A DNA stretch of 64,000 bases from Candidatus Alloscybalousia intestinigallinarum. Lineage in GTDB: Bacteria; Bacillota_I; Bacilli_A; RF39; UBA660. Below the pieces are notes generated by a model, which saw only the letters and a program-made list of their open reading frames with translations, had not been told where the DNA came from and made no database searches. Made by a program: the position numbers and the translations under genes. Below, in pieces: positions 9,083 to 19,897 of the stretch. The number at the start of each line of letters is the position of its first letter. Position 1 is the stretch's first letter. Location: contig DVKF01000005.1 of the NCBI GenBank assembly GCA_018716115.1, positions 397-64,396 of the forward strand, in the 5' to 3' direction.

Positions 9083-10057
9083 ATGAAAGTAGCCATCATC
9101 GGAACAGGAGCTTACGGTCTAGCTTTAGCTCTTACCATAGTAGAAAATAAACACCAAGTTATGATGTGGACAAAATTTGAACAAGAAAAAAGAATAATTG
9201 AAGAAAATCATCAATATGAAAAAGTATTACCTAATATCAAAATACCAAGAAGTATTCAAATTACTCTCGATATGAAAGAATGTATCGATCAAGCTGAATT
9301 AATTATGATAGCTGTACCTGCTGGATTTGTTAATGATATTTGTCTAGAAATGAAAAATTGGATAAAACCAAATCAACATATCTGCATTGCTTCTAAAGGA
9401 ATTGAGCAAGGAACTTATTTATTTATCAATGATGTAGTAAAAAAACATATAGATACTCCAAATATTGCGGTTATTTCTGGTCCTAGTTTTGCTATTGATA
9501 TTGCATCAAAAATGCCAATTGGCTTAACACTTGCAACAAAAAATAAAGAAACTGATTCCATCATAAAAAGCGCACTAGAAAACAGTCATTTCAAGTTACG
9601 AAGTACTGGTGATATTTATGGAACGGAAATCTGTGGTGCAATCAAAAACGTCATTGCGATTGCCTCAGGAATGTTAAATGGATTAAATGCCCCAGAATCC
9701 ACCCAAGCAATGTTCATTACCGAATCCTTACATGATATCAAAGCATTAATTCAAAAACTAGGTGGAGATGGAAAAACAATTCTTTCCTTCGCAGGATTTG
9801 GAGATTTATTATTAACCTGTACTAGTAAAAAAAGTAGAAACTTTACCTTTGGTCAATATTTAGCCACTAAAAGTCAATCAGAAATCGAAGAATATATAAA
9901 TACTCATACTATAGAAGGATTATATACCTTAAAAGCAATCTATAAATTAATTTCTGATAAAGAAGTAGATATTCCGATTATCAACTTAATCTACGATACA
10001 GTATTTCATCAAAAAAATCCAAAAGAGTTACTCACTTTCTTAATTGAAAAAGAGTAA
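9083..10057 (+). CDS. gpsA: NAD(P)H-dependent glycerol-3-phosphate dehydrogenase.
   Basis: MKVAIIGTGAYGLALA is a Rossmann N-terminus. The full-length pattern matches GpsA (ISGPSFA, GAIKNVIAIA). Confidence 0.9.
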   Translation: MKVAIIGTGAYGLALALTIVENKHQVMMWTKFEQEKRIIEENHQYEKVLPNIKIPRSIQITLDMKECIDQAELIMIAVPAGFVNDICLEMKNWIKPNQHICIASKGIEQGTYLFINDVVKKHIDTPNIAVISGPSFAIDIASKMPIGLTLATKNKETDSIIKSALENSHFKLRSTGDIYGTEICGAIKNVIAIASGMLNGLNAPESTQAMFITESLHDIKALIQKLGGDGKTILSFAGFGDLLLTCTSKKSRNFTFGQYLATKSQSEIEEYINTHTIEGLYTLKAIYKLISDKEVDIPIINLIYDTVFHQKNPKELLTFLIEKE

Positions 10058-10066
10058 CTCTTTTAT

Positions 10067-10666
10067 TTAAGCTGCTGGAATATTTAAAATAAAATTCTCA
10101 GATTGAACGATCTCATCATTTTCATTTAAAATTCTAATCAATAAATTATTTCTTTTCCCCGGTACAAAACCAGTCAACGTATAATAGTGTTTACTTTGAA
10201 GCAAATCATTTCCATTCGCATCCAGCATTCGCTGATAAACCAAGTCTTCATCAGTCGCAATACTATCGGTTGTGACGTAATACTCAAACTTATATTTTTC
10301 CCCTGTATGAAAATAAATATTCACACTCTCTTCATCTTCTAAAAAAGGATCATATAAGATAAGCGGAGAACTAATTTTATAATTATCTATCAATAAGCGA
10401 TCGATTTTTTTCTGGACAATTTCGCGATATAAATCATGAGAAATATCTAGAGTCTCTGGCATCTCAACCACAAAAATATTATCCCCTATTTGATAATCTT
10501 CGACAAACTCGATATTATCCTCTATCCATTCGATGTCATTTTCATGACGATTGACATAATCCTCATAAGATTTTTTTCCATAATCATAGATAAACATCGT
10601 TGCCCAGACTAAAATAAGACCTAAAATACCATATTTTAAAATTCGTTTTATCCAACATTTTTTCAC
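10067..10666 (-). CDS. Hypothetical membrane-anchored protein.
   Basis: The protein is 199 aa with an N-terminal TM segment (ILGLILVWATMFIY). Confidence 0.5.
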   Translation of the reverse strand: MKKCWIKRILKYGILGLILVWATMFIYDYGKKSYEDYVNRHENDIEWIEDNIEFVEDYQIGDNIFVVEMPETLDISHDLYREIVQKKIDRLLIDNYKISSPLILYDPFLEDEESVNIYFHTGEKYKFEYYVTTDSIATDEDLVYQRMLDANGNDLLQSKHYYTLTGFVPGKRNNLLIRILNENDEIVQSENFILNIPAA

Positions 10667-10721
10667 TTTGCTTCACCTTTTTTCAATTATACTACAACTT
10701 TATCAAAGTAAGAAAGAAAAA

Positions 10722-11219
10722 TTATCGTTTACTTCTTAAATCAGGATAACGATAATCATAATTTTGATCATTACGAGCTTTTCGGTAATAGCCAACCCTC
10801 TCGGCAGTATTAATACTAAATTTATTATAAATACTAATATCTCCTCGTAACTGTTTTAAATTTTCTACATGATTTAACAAATAATCAGAAACTTCTTTAA
10901 GTACCAAATAAGAAAGATCTTGACCACGATAATCCTCATGAAGACCGTACTCTAATTTCATGATGCCAGCAAAATTCAAATCTCCTAGATGTAAGTAACC
11001 CATTAACTTCCCATCCAATTCTAATAAATAAGAATGATTAGGCATCAGCTTATTAAAATCATTAGAAACATTAGAAGTTGGAGCGAGTTGTTCTTGGATG
11101 TGTCGAAAACCATATTTTAGAAAGAGTGGATCAGAAGATAAATCTCGCCGAAATTTTAAGTGTTCTTTTTTGTCTAAACAAAAATCTGTAATCGTTAATT
11201 TACCAATCGGAAGCTTCAT
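10722..11219 (-). CDS. Probable GNAT-type acetyltransferase.
   Basis: The protein is 165 aa. A YRGQDLSYLVLKEV segment resembles the acetyl-CoA binding motif. The match is weak. Confidence 0.35.
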   Translation of the reverse strand: MKLPIGKLTITDFCLDKKEHLKFRRDLSSDPLFLKYGFRHIQEQLAPTSNVSNDFNKLMPNHSYLLELDGKLMGYLHLGDLNFAGIMKLEYGLHEDYRGQDLSYLVLKEVSDYLLNHVENLKQLRGDISIYNKFSINTAERVGYYRKARNDQNYDYRYPDLRSKR

Positions 11220-12487
11220 CTTCTTTTCTCCAATAAACGACTGACTGCGGCCATAACTCCTAATTTACCATAGTCATAAGTAAGAGCACCTTGCTGATAA
11301 GCAATATATGGTTCTCGAATTGGTCCGTCACAAGAAAGCTCGATAGATGAACCTTGAATAAAACTTCCAGCCGCCATAATCACTTGGTCATCATATCCTG
11401 GCATATCCCAAGCTTCAGGTACTGCCGCACTGTCAATTGGCGAAGCCATTTGAATTCCTTGACAATAGTGAATTAAATCTGTAGGATTACCAAAAATGAT
11501 ATTTTGAACGATATCCACTCGCTCTTCATCATATTTTGGTTCTACTAAATAACCTAATTCTTCCAATACTAAACTAGTCAACACGGCAGTTTTTAAACTT
11601 GACGCAACGACACTTGGTGCCATAAACAATCCTTGTAAAATAGCTTTATTTATTCCTAAACTAGGACCAACTTCTCTTCCCTCACCAGGTACTGTAAGCC
11701 TCTCTCCTGCTAAATCGACTAATTCCTTTTTGCCGGCAATATAAGCACCATTTGGCGCAAGACCCCCACCTAAATTTTTAATTAAGGATCCAACGATTAC
11801 ATCACACCCGACTTCTAAAGGACTCTTTTCCTCGACAAATTCACAATAACAATTATCTACCATAATAATCGCGTTAGGTTGAATCTCGCGAATAACCGGA
11901 ACAATACGCTCAATTTTAGAAATAGAAATACTCTTTCTTGTGGAATATCCTTTAGAACGTTGAATTTCAATTAAGCGAACTGGATGATTCCTCAAAAAAG
12001 TACGAATTGCTTCAACATCAAAATCGTTATCTACTAAATCTATTTCAGAATAATCAATACCAAAACTCTTCAAACTACTGGCATTTTCTTTAATTCCAAT
12101 CACTTCATGTAAAGTATCATAAGGAGTTCCCGTAATACTTAACATTCTATCACCCGGTCTCAAAAAAGAAAATAAACTAACTGTAAGCGCATGCGTACCA
12201 GAAATAAATTGTCCCCTAACTAACGCATCTTCTGCCCCTAAAACATCCGCAAATATCTTTTCAATTACTTCTCGACCAATATCATTATACCCATATCCTG
12301 TTGTTTCTGAAAAATGAACTTCGCTCACTTTATGTTTACGAAAACTAGCTAAAACACGGTTACTATTCCGGAAACAAACTTCGTCAATTTTTGAATAAAT
12401 ATTGGCTACTTTTTGTTCTGATTTCTGAAACAGGTCAACAACAAAAGTAGGTATTTCCAAATCATCTATCTTCATATTCATCCTCAC
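11216..12487 (-). CDS. ynbB: PLP-dependent enzyme of the YnbB, 'aluminium resistance' or Met-gamma-lyase-like family.
   Basis: The 423-aa protein has characteristic GYGYNDIGRE and GSLIKNLGGGLAPNGAYIAGKKELV segments. Confidence 0.65.
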   Translation of the reverse strand: MRMNMKIDDLEIPTFVVDLFQKSEQKVANIYSKIDEVCFRNSNRVLASFRKHKVSEVHFSETTGYGYNDIGREVIEKIFADVLGAEDALVRGQFISGTHALTVSLFSFLRPGDRMLSITGTPYDTLHEVIGIKENASSLKSFGIDYSEIDLVDNDFDVEAIRTFLRNHPVRLIEIQRSKGYSTRKSISISKIERIVPVIREIQPNAIIMVDNCYCEFVEEKSPLEVGCDVIVGSLIKNLGGGLAPNGAYIAGKKELVDLAGERLTVPGEGREVGPSLGINKAILQGLFMAPSVVASSLKTAVLTSLVLEELGYLVEPKYDEERVDIVQNIIFGNPTDLIHYCQGIQMASPIDSAAVPEAWDMPGYDDQVIMAAGSFIQGSSIELSCDGPIREPYIAYQQGALTYDYGKLGVMAAVSRLLEKRR

Positions 12488-12527
12488 CTTTCTTTTTTAT
12501 TTATCATTTTTCTCTTTTGTTAAAGAA

Positions 12528-13013
12528 TTAGGATAGCGACTTAACTAATGGTTTAGAATGGACATGTTTTTCCTTAATCAAATCATAGAGTAAAGCTAAG
12601 CAATTTTCATCTGGAATTGTAGTTTCGTCATAAAGATCTTCTTGGAAGCCATCTTTTAAATCAGAATACGAATAAAAACAAATCATTTCCTGACAACGTT
12701 TAAAATAACTTTTATATCTTTTTAACCAAGCATACTGATGATCAGTAAGCACCGGTGGAAGATAAAACACCTTATGGGTTAAGGTTTCTTGAATTGCGAC
12801 ATAACCCAATTGGGCGATAAAACGTGACCAGACATAACCATTATAATTTTCTTCTTGAACAAGTTCTTGAAATTGTGGGAAAAAAATACTATTCTGACGA
12901 CAAAATTCGAAAATAGCTAAGCCATGACGCGAACAATCAGAATCCAAAGTACGATGAAAATCTTTAAAAGTCTCTGTCTCCTCGGGAACGATTATCATCA
13001 TAGACTCACGCAT
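12528..13013 (-). CDS. Hypothetical protein.
   Basis: The ORF encodes 161 aa with no recognised motifs. Confidence 0.5.
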   Translation of the reverse strand: MRESMMIIVPEETETFKDFHRTLDSDCSRHGLAIFEFCRQNSIFFPQFQELVQEENYNGYVWSRFIAQLGYVAIQETLTHKVFYLPPVLTDHQYAWLKRYKSYFKRCQEMICFYSYSDLKDGFQEDLYDETTIPDENCLALLYDLIKEKHVHSKPLVKSLS

Positions 13014-13033
13014 AATTCCACCTCATGAATTGC

Positions 13034-13780
13034 TTATACATAAAAGCCACCATCTACTCGAATGACCGAGGCATTAATATAGCTTGCTTGATCACTTGCT
13101 AAAAAGACAACTACATGCGCGATTTCTTCACTACTCGCAAACCGTCCAACCATAATTTTCTTTTCTTCATCACGAATCATTTCTGGATCTAACTCTTGGT
13201 TCATCGGCGTATTCACCCATCCTGGTGCGACAGTATTAACTAACACATAAGGAGCATATTGGATAGCTAAATTTTTCGTCAAAGAAATAACCCCTGCCTT
13301 AGAAGCATCATAGTCTATACTCTCCGGATAAACAGTATCGATACCATTCGTACTCGCAATATTGATTATTCGACCCATTTTTTGTTTACACATCACATCG
13401 CCAACATATTTTGCCATCAAGAAAGTGCCAATCAAATTGACATCTAAAGTATGTCTAAAATTGTCAACTGTCTTATCCTCGAAAGTTGTATCAATCGCAA
13501 TCCCGGCATTGTTCACTAAAACATCTATTTGCCCAAATTTATCTAAAACCGTATTAAGCATCCGCTTCACATCTTCTTCATTACTGATGTCTCCTTGTAC
13601 CAACAACGTATCGACATGATAATGAGATTGAATAAATTTTTCAATATTTATCGCAGCTTCTTGATGATGACAATAATGAATGACCACATCTGCACCGCAT
13701 GAAGCAAACTCTTTAACGGTAGCTTCTCCTATTCCACTAGAAGCACCAGTCACCCAAACTACTTTTCCATGAAAATCCAT
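13034..13780 (-). CDS. SDR family oxidoreductase (FabG-like).
   Basis: VVWVTGASSGIGEA is a glycine-rich NAD(P) loop. NNAG and Y-x3-K-type motifs are also present. Confidence 0.8.
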   Translation of the reverse strand: MDFHGKVVWVTGASSGIGEATVKEFASCGADVVIHYCHHQEAAINIEKFIQSHYHVDTLLVQGDISNEEDVKRMLNTVLDKFGQIDVLVNNAGIAIDTTFEDKTVDNFRHTLDVNLIGTFLMAKYVGDVMCKQKMGRIINIASTNGIDTVYPESIDYDASKAGVISLTKNLAIQYAPYVLVNTVAPGWVNTPMNQELDPEMIRDEEKKIMVGRFASSEEIAHVVVFLASDQASYINASVIRVDGGFYV

Positions 13781-13784
13781 CCTA

Positions 13785-14315
13785 TCACCCTCTTTTCAAA
13801 ATTCCTTCCATAATGATTGGCTTGTCGACAAAAAAAGTATTTTCCATGTAAAATTTCTGTCTAGTATTAAAAAAATAACGAGCCAAATAAATTTTATTTA
13901 GCGTATAGCGAATACCTTGCTTTCGCAAATAAAAACAGGTAAACGTCTTACAACCAATATTCTTAATATCGCAGCCGCCACCCTTTTTTAAATGAGGACA
14001 ATCGGCATTCTTTGAATAACTGTGGCAACAACCATTTATATAAGTATCCTTTTTAACGTTTCTTTCCATCATATCTCGACGTCTCTTACATAAATCATGA
14101 CAAAAACCACAAATATCTTTTTCTCTAAACTCATTATCCAAATAATCACAAATTAAATCATAAAGATAACTGTACCTTTCTTCCTTATCCGTTTTTTCTA
14201 AAACAGAATCGATTACTTTCATTTTTTGATCGATTTCTTTATCTCCGATCTTTTCTAAATATCTTTTTGTCTTATCATACAATTTCTGATCTTTCTTACT
14301 TCTCATAAAAAACAC
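13785..14315 (-). CDS. Cys-rich protein, possibly of the YkgJ-type CxxCxxCC Fe/Zn-chelating family.
   Basis: Multiple Cys clusters were read (CGFCHDLC, NGCCHSY, CPHLKKGGGCDIKNIGCKTFTC). Confidence 0.35.
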   Translation of the reverse strand: MFFMRSKKDQKLYDKTKRYLEKIGDKEIDQKMKVIDSVLEKTDKEERYSYLYDLICDYLDNEFREKDICGFCHDLCKRRRDMMERNVKKDTYINGCCHSYSKNADCPHLKKGGGCDIKNIGCKTFTCFYLRKQGIRYTLNKIYLARYFFNTRQKFYMENTFFVDKPIIMEGILKRG

Positions 14316-14393
14316 TCATTTCTAATTCACATCTATTGTATCATAAGGACTCCGATTTGGCATAGAAAAACAAAAAAAGAAACGAGAAGATTA

Positions 14394-14436
14394 CAAAAAG
14401 ACATTTTCTCAGTGAAGAAGAAAATGTCTTTTACTA
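14394..14436 (-). terminator. Bidirectional rho-independent terminator with an 11-bp stem AGACATTTTCT/AGAAAATGTCT.
   Basis: A perfect inverted repeat is flanked by A-run and T-run tracts between two minus-strand genes. Confidence 0.55.
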
Positions 14437-14456
14437 TTATAGTATTCATGAAATTA

Positions 14457-14996
14457 TTAATGAAACGATTGACTTTCTAATGGAATAGTCACTTGAATAT
14501 CTTGATCATTTTGATCAATAAATTCGATTCGAACTACAATCACTTGAGAAAAATCTTTAATCATTTTAGAAGTAAAAGCAGTTTTACCAACAGTATGTTC
14601 TTCGATCGTTGTTCGAAAATTTTTTAAATGTTCCTGAAGCGAAAACAACTCATCCGATGAAGTGGTTTTTGCTTGTAAAAGTTCTTCCTGATCATCAAAC
14701 TGGGCGATTACAGAAATCGTTACTTCTTTTACTTGAATGTCCTTAAAACTATAATCTGCATTCGAAATCTGAAAAGAATGATACTTCGAGGTAAAAGTAG
14801 CAGATCCCGCTACACTAAAATTTCCAGAATTTCCTGTAAAAGTGTAGAAAACAAATTTTTGACTAGTTAAATGTAAAACAAAGTAAAGAACTAACAAAAT
14901 AGAAACCAAGCCCCAGATAATAATCAACCATCTAGGAAGCAAAACCTTATTTTTAAACCGATTAAAAAAAATTACTTTTTTCATAATAATCACCAT
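14457..14996 (-). CDS. Hypothetical membrane-anchored protein.
   Basis: The protein is 179 aa with a TM segment (LIIIWGLVSILLVLYFVL). Confidence 0.5.
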   Translation of the reverse strand: MVIIMKKVIFFNRFKNKVLLPRWLIIIWGLVSILLVLYFVLHLTSQKFVFYTFTGNSGNFSVAGSATFTSKYHSFQISNADYSFKDIQVKEVTISVIAQFDDQEELLQAKTTSSDELFSLQEHLKNFRTTIEEHTVGKTAFTSKMIKDFSQVIVVRIEFIDQNDQDIQVTIPLESQSFH

Positions 14997-15123
14997 ACCT
15001 TACCATGGATAACATATAGAAAACACTTAATCTACATGTTTAACCACTATTTTTTATACCGTCCCCACCACAAAGTTTACCTATATTTCAATTATATCAA
15101 ATGCCACAAAAAAAAGAAAGACC

Positions 15124-17565
15124 CTATTCTCCGATTCTTTCTATAACATGTTCATATGGTAAAATTTCTCTTACAAATGTTGAACGATTAGGCTCTGTAT
15201 AAGGACACAAGATAAAAATACGGTTCTTTGTTCTCGTTAAAGCGACATAAAACAATCTTCTTTCTTCACTGAAAGAGGTACCAGAACGTTCAAAAACACT
15301 AAGAAGTGGCTCATCTTCCATTTGACTAGGGAATCCTTTTTCCCCCTCTTCTGCATTTAGTAAGATAACATCATCATAACCTAGACCTTTCGAACTATGG
15401 ATAGTCATAAACTCAATCTGTAATTCAGGATGTTTCTTATCAATAACCCTATTTTCCGAAGGAACCGTTCCTAACATGAAATGATTACTTAAAATCTTAT
15501 CAATATCACTACGATATCTACCTAATAATAAGATTTTCCGATTAGGATCTTCCTGATAAATTTTATCTAAAATCAATGCTAGTGTATCATCAATCGACTG
15601 TAAATGAAGCCGTTGCATCTTCTCTCTTCTCCTACGACTGGCATATACTTTCTTACCTTCGGAGGTAAGTTCAAAACTATCATCATAGTAATAAATTTGT
15701 ACAGGATCATCTAAGTGTTTTGCGGATACTAATTGTTTATCGAAATACTCATCGCTTTGACTGATAAAGTCTCCAGCTACATCGATTAACTCCTGACTAT
15801 TTCGATAAGTATTGGTAATCTTAACAATTTCAGCATAACCCATATAACGATAAAATTGAGTAAACAAATCAACATCAGTACCAGAAAAAGAATAAATGGC
15901 TTGCCAATCATCCCCTACGGCAACAATCTTACTGTGAAATAAATCCGCAATATTTTTCGCTAATTGATAACGTTGTCTAGAAATATCTTGATATTCATCA
16001 ATGATAATATAATCATAATCCAAATTCTTTTGCTTTTTAGAAACTAATTCGACTCCTAAACTAGAATAATGAATCATATCTTCAAAATCCACTTTCCGTT
16101 GTTGATGAATATGATGTTGATAATAACGATAAAATCGCTTAGCTAAACGAAGTTGATGACGTAAAGCATCATCAGGAGTATTCGCAATAAAACGGTCAAA
16201 ATCTTCCTCACGATAATTTTCTTCCTTAAAACGAGCAATGAAAGCAAGTAATAAATGAATAAGTCGATAGAACGGACTATCTTGATTAGTCTCTAACAAA
16301 GTTTTTAAAATTTCTTCCGGTTCGCGTTCTTTCTTCACGACATTTTTCTCATTTAAATAAGTACCTAAATTCTTCAAAAAATATTCTTTTTTGTTTTCGT
16401 ATCTTCCATAAAGTTCTACTAACTCTGTTTGATATTTACGATGAACTTTTTTCTTTTCAAAAATCTCATTTTGATAATCCCGATCAAGCGAAGAAACTGT
16501 TCCATCTAAATTCTTTGTTGCCAAGCCATAGTACTCAATATAAATCGGATGATGAATATCGGATATCGTAAAATCTGGAGAATAACTTCTTCGACCATTT
16601 ACCACGTAAGGATAAACAGCTTCGTATTCATAAGGAATAGAATGCTTATATAAATAATTCGCAATTTTTACTTCTCCTTCAGATTTCATGTATTCGCCAC
16701 GAATTGAGCGATAATTCGGTTTTCTAGAACGATTTTTTATGCGTTTTTCAATTTCCTTTTCTAAAGTTCCATCCCTCTTACATTCTTTAATCTTACGCTT
16801 AACTAGATATTGAAAATATTCATCATAACTCTCATAAGTATAACATTCATCATAAAAAGAAACATAATCACCAAAAGCATCAATGACTTCTTTTAATAAT
16901 ACTTTATTAGGAAATATTCTCGTTTTGAAGCATTCTGCTAATACATGAAATTGATCTCCACTATTAATGACTTGAACTGGTTTCTGATCGAAAATAATTC
17001 GTAAAAACTCCATTCCTAATTTATGAAAAGTTAACACTCTAACTCCAAGTTGAAAATCATAATTAATCCTTCGATCTAATTCTTCAGCCGCTTTGTTCGT
17101 AAAAGCAAGTAACAATATCTTTTCACGTGGCACATTTTTCTTTTCTACTAAATATTTTACTTTGGCCGCCATCGTCGTCGTTTTTCCACTTCCCGCACCT
17201 GCGATGACTAATGAATAATCCTCATCAATTAAAATTGCCCGCCGTTGATCCTCATCTAACAGAATATTTGGATCCACTTTGGCAAACATCAAATCAAAGT
17301 AACGAGCATACTCCACTAACTTTTCTTGAAGAAAAGAATCGTTATGGGCTTTGATTAAATCGCTACCTTGATTCGTAATCTTCATCAGTTCTTGATATAA
17401 AGAAGATGCTTCATCCAAATATTTAGGAAACAACTCGAAAACATCCCGATATGTTTCCATAAAAGAATCATATTCGCTAGTCGCTATATAAGAGTCGCGT
17501 GATAAAAAGTCTTGAAAATCGTGAACACATGTCTCAGCCCGACTGTCAAAATAACTCTCTTCCAT
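15124..17565 (-). CDS. helD: UvrD/PcrA-superfamily helicase, HelD (helicase IV)-like.
   Basis: Motif I is LVIAGAGSGKTTTMAAKV. An N-terminal extension precedes the helicase core and C-terminal UvrD motifs follow. The likely true start is the ATG at 17565, with an AAGGGGTG RBS. Confidence 0.7.
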   Translation of the reverse strand: MEESYFDSRAETCVHDFQDFLSRDSYIATSEYDSFMETYRDVFELFPKYLDEASSLYQELMKITNQGSDLIKAHNDSFLQEKLVEYARYFDLMFAKVDPNILLDEDQRRAILIDEDYSLVIAGAGSGKTTTMAAKVKYLVEKKNVPREKILLLAFTNKAAEELDRRINYDFQLGVRVLTFHKLGMEFLRIIFDQKPVQVINSGDQFHVLAECFKTRIFPNKVLLKEVIDAFGDYVSFYDECYTYESYDEYFQYLVKRKIKECKRDGTLEKEIEKRIKNRSRKPNYRSIRGEYMKSEGEVKIANYLYKHSIPYEYEAVYPYVVNGRRSYSPDFTISDIHHPIYIEYYGLATKNLDGTVSSLDRDYQNEIFEKKKVHRKYQTELVELYGRYENKKEYFLKNLGTYLNEKNVVKKEREPEEILKTLLETNQDSPFYRLIHLLLAFIARFKEENYREEDFDRFIANTPDDALRHQLRLAKRFYRYYQHHIHQQRKVDFEDMIHYSSLGVELVSKKQKNLDYDYIIIDEYQDISRQRYQLAKNIADLFHSKIVAVGDDWQAIYSFSGTDVDLFTQFYRYMGYAEIVKITNTYRNSQELIDVAGDFISQSDEYFDKQLVSAKHLDDPVQIYYYDDSFELTSEGKKVYASRRRREKMQRLHLQSIDDTLALILDKIYQEDPNRKILLLGRYRSDIDKILSNHFMLGTVPSENRVIDKKHPELQIEFMTIHSSKGLGYDDVILLNAEEGEKGFPSQMEDEPLLSVFERSGTSFSEERRLFYVALTRTKNRIFILCPYTEPNRSTFVREILPYEHVIERIGE

Positions 17566-17609
17566 TATGAACACCCCTTATTCTATATATTAGTATACAA
17601 GAAAGTTGG

Positions 17610-17627
17610 AAAAAGAGCAAAGAAAAA
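17610..17627 (-). promoter_or_regulatory. Conserved 19-nt element TATACTAATATATAGAATA immediately upstream of the helD-like RBS. A second copy lies at 18491-18508.
   Basis: The same string sits in the same position relative to the RBS of two adjacent genes. It contains a -10-like TATACT. Confidence 0.35.
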
Positions 17628-17678
17628 GATAGAAGTTTTTTAAAAACCCTACCTGATTTTTTAAATCGCTATTTCCCC

Positions 17679-18476
17679 TTATACTCCCATTGAATTTGTT
17701 TCTGGCAAAGTAGAGCCGCCATCAATAACTATTCCTTGCGCAGTAATGTAACTTGCTTCATCACTAGCTAAAAAAGCAGCTAATTCACCAAGTTCTTCAA
17801 TTGTACCTAAACGTTTCATTGGAATTGCATTAGCAATACCAGCAACTACAGATTCTGGATCGCTAGGATTACTTGTTTTCGCCATACCATCTACCATTGG
17901 CGTTCTAATATATCCTGGTAAAATTGCATTAACACGAATATGATCACTAACTACTTCACTAGCTAAAGCTTTAGTAAAGCCCATTAACGCTGCTTTGGTT
18001 GTTGCATACGCTACTTCACCACTATCTGCAACCATCACCCCAGTTACACTGGATAAATTGACAATCGACGATGAAGCATTTTTCTTCAAATAAGGAAGAG
18101 CTGCTTTCGTTACATTCCATGTACCTTTAATATTGATATCAAAATGAGTATCTCTTAATTCATCTGACATAGTTTCAAAATTTTCCAAATAGCATACTCC
18201 CGCATTATTCACAATAATATCAATATGACCAAGTTTATCATATACATCTTTCATACAAGCAGTAACCATTCTCATATCACGAATATCTACTTTGTATCCA
18301 GTCACTGTAGATTCAGGAAATTGGTTACGTAGTTCGATAATCGTATTCGCAATTTTATCTGAATAATCAAAAAGAACCACTTGAGCATCATACTTTAAAA
18401 ATACTTTCGCAATTCCTAAACCATTTCCCATTGCTCCACCGGTTACAATAGCTACTTTATCTTTTAATTTACTCAT
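17679..18476 (-). CDS. SDR family oxidoreductase.
   Basis: The glycine-rich loop is VAIVTGGAMGNGLGIA. NNAG and Y/K catalytic motifs are present. Confidence 0.8.
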   Translation of the reverse strand: MSKLKDKVAIVTGGAMGNGLGIAKVFLKYDAQVVLFDYSDKIANTIIELRNQFPESTVTGYKVDIRDMRMVTACMKDVYDKLGHIDIIVNNAGVCYLENFETMSDELRDTHFDINIKGTWNVTKAALPYLKKNASSSIVNLSSVTGVMVADSGEVAYATTKAALMGFTKALASEVVSDHIRVNAILPGYIRTPMVDGMAKTSNPSDPESVVAGIANAIPMKRLGTIEELGELAAFLASDEASYITAQGIVIDGGSTLPETNSMGV

Positions 18477-18490
18477 AACTTATCTCCTCT

Positions 18491-18508
18491 ATTCTATATA
18501 TTAGTATA
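18491..18508 (-). promoter_or_regulatory. Second copy of the TATACTAATATATAGAATA element, upstream of the SDR gene.
   Basis: The sequence is identical to 17610-17627 over 18-19 nt. Confidence 0.35.
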
Positions 18509-18669
18509 TCAAAACTAGGAAAACAAAACAAGCTTTGTTTATACCCAGTCATTGTCTACTAAAATTTTAACTTCATAAATAAAATAAGCCTAATCTCGAA
18601 AAAACTTAACTCGTGAATCATTGTATCATAGATGTCTTTTACAGTTCTTCATCATTTTATTGAATAAAA

Positions 18670-18885
18670 CTAAGAAATAATTTTTACTTCAACAGCTTCA
18701 GGATCCGTATAATAAAGTGGAAAAAAGGTAACTCTCATTCCAACTTTTGGCACTTGGTGATGGTAGACATCCCGATAAAAGAACAAATAGATAGTCCCAT
18801 CATCACCAACGATATAGCCACAATCTCCGTATAGTAAACTGACAATTTTTCCCCTTAAGCGTTTTCTATTATTCTTTACCGCCAA
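18670..18885 (-). CDS. Small hypothetical protein (71 aa).
   Basis: The ORF-track reading frame is the only evidence. Confidence 0.3.
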   Translation of the reverse strand: MAVKNNRKRLRGKIVSLLYGDCGYIVGDDGTIYLFFYRDVYHHQVPKVGMRVTFFPLYYTDPEAVEVKIIS

Positions 18886-18973
18886 AGCCTCATCATACTC
18901 CTCGTATTTTACGAAAAGTATACCACAAAAGAAAAGTTATCTCATTTTTTACACGAATTAGGAATAAAATTTA

Positions 18974-19897
18974 ATGAAGGTGATAACTATGTATCCAATG
19001 TATCCATACATCGGAAAAAAGAAAATCTGTAAAGAAATCCCCCTTTCCTTTCCCGCAAGCCATCAAGATTCACAACCTGGAATCGAATACCTAATGGATC
19101 CTAAACCAATCTTTGACAATCCCAATCAACGAGGAAGTAATAAACTATTGGGGAAGGTGGCTGTCATTACCGGTGGTGATAGTGGTATCGGTAGAAGTGT
19201 CGCTGTTCAATTTGCGAAAGAAGGTGCCGATATTGCGATAGTTTATTTTGATGAAGTTGAAGATGCGGAATTCACGAAAAATTATATCCGCAAAATGGGA
19301 AGAAAATGCATCACAATTAAAACAGATTTAAGGCAAAAAGAAAATAGTCAATATGCCATAAATTGTGTCATCAATACTTATCATAAAATTGATATCTTGG
19401 TAAACAATATCGCTGTTCAATTTTTACAAGATAGTATTTTAAATATCACAGAAGAACAATTACTACTCACTTACCAAACTAATGTCTTTTCCTATTTTTA
19501 TATGATACAAGCAACACTACCTTATCTAAAAGAACACTCTACAATTATTAATACAACTTCGGTCACTGCCTATCAAGGAAACAAAAAATTAATCGATTAT
19601 AGTAGTACTAAGGGCGCAATTGTTGCCCTAACTAGATCACTTGCACTTTCCTTAGCTGAGAAAAAAATTCGTGTTAATGGTGTCGCACCCGGTCCGATTT
19701 GGACACCATTAATTCCTGCTTCTTATTCTGCTAAAGAAGTGGAAACCTTTGGAACCTATACTTCTAAAACACCACTCATGCGGGCAGGTCAACCATTTGA
19801 AGTTTCCCCATGTTACGTTTTTCTAGCTAGTGATGATTCTCGATATATGACTGGGCAAATTCTTCATCCTAATGGAGGAATTATTACTGGTAGTTAA
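18974..19897 (+). CDS. SDR family oxidoreductase (YghA/YhdF-like).
   Basis: The glycine-rich loop is KVAVITGGDSGIGRSVAV. The protein is about 300 aa with an N-terminal extension typical of this SDR subgroup. Confidence 0.8.
   Translation: MKVITMYPMYPYIGKKKICKEIPLSFPASHQDSQPGIEYLMDPKPIFDNPNQRGSNKLLGKVAVITGGDSGIGRSVAVQFAKEGADIAIVYFDEVEDAEFTKNYIRKMGRKCITIKTDLRQKENSQYAINCVINTYHKIDILVNNIAVQFLQDSILNITEEQLLLTYQTNVFSYFYMIQATLPYLKEHSTIINTTSVTAYQGNKKLIDYSSTKGAIVALTRSLALSLAEKKIRVNGVAPGPIWTPLIPASYSAKEVETFGTYTSKTPLMRAGQPFEVSPCYVFLASDDSRYMTGQILHPNGGIITGS

Noticed and set aside
13362-13619. An 85-aa plus-strand ORF.
   Set aside because: It is antisense within a well-supported SDR gene.
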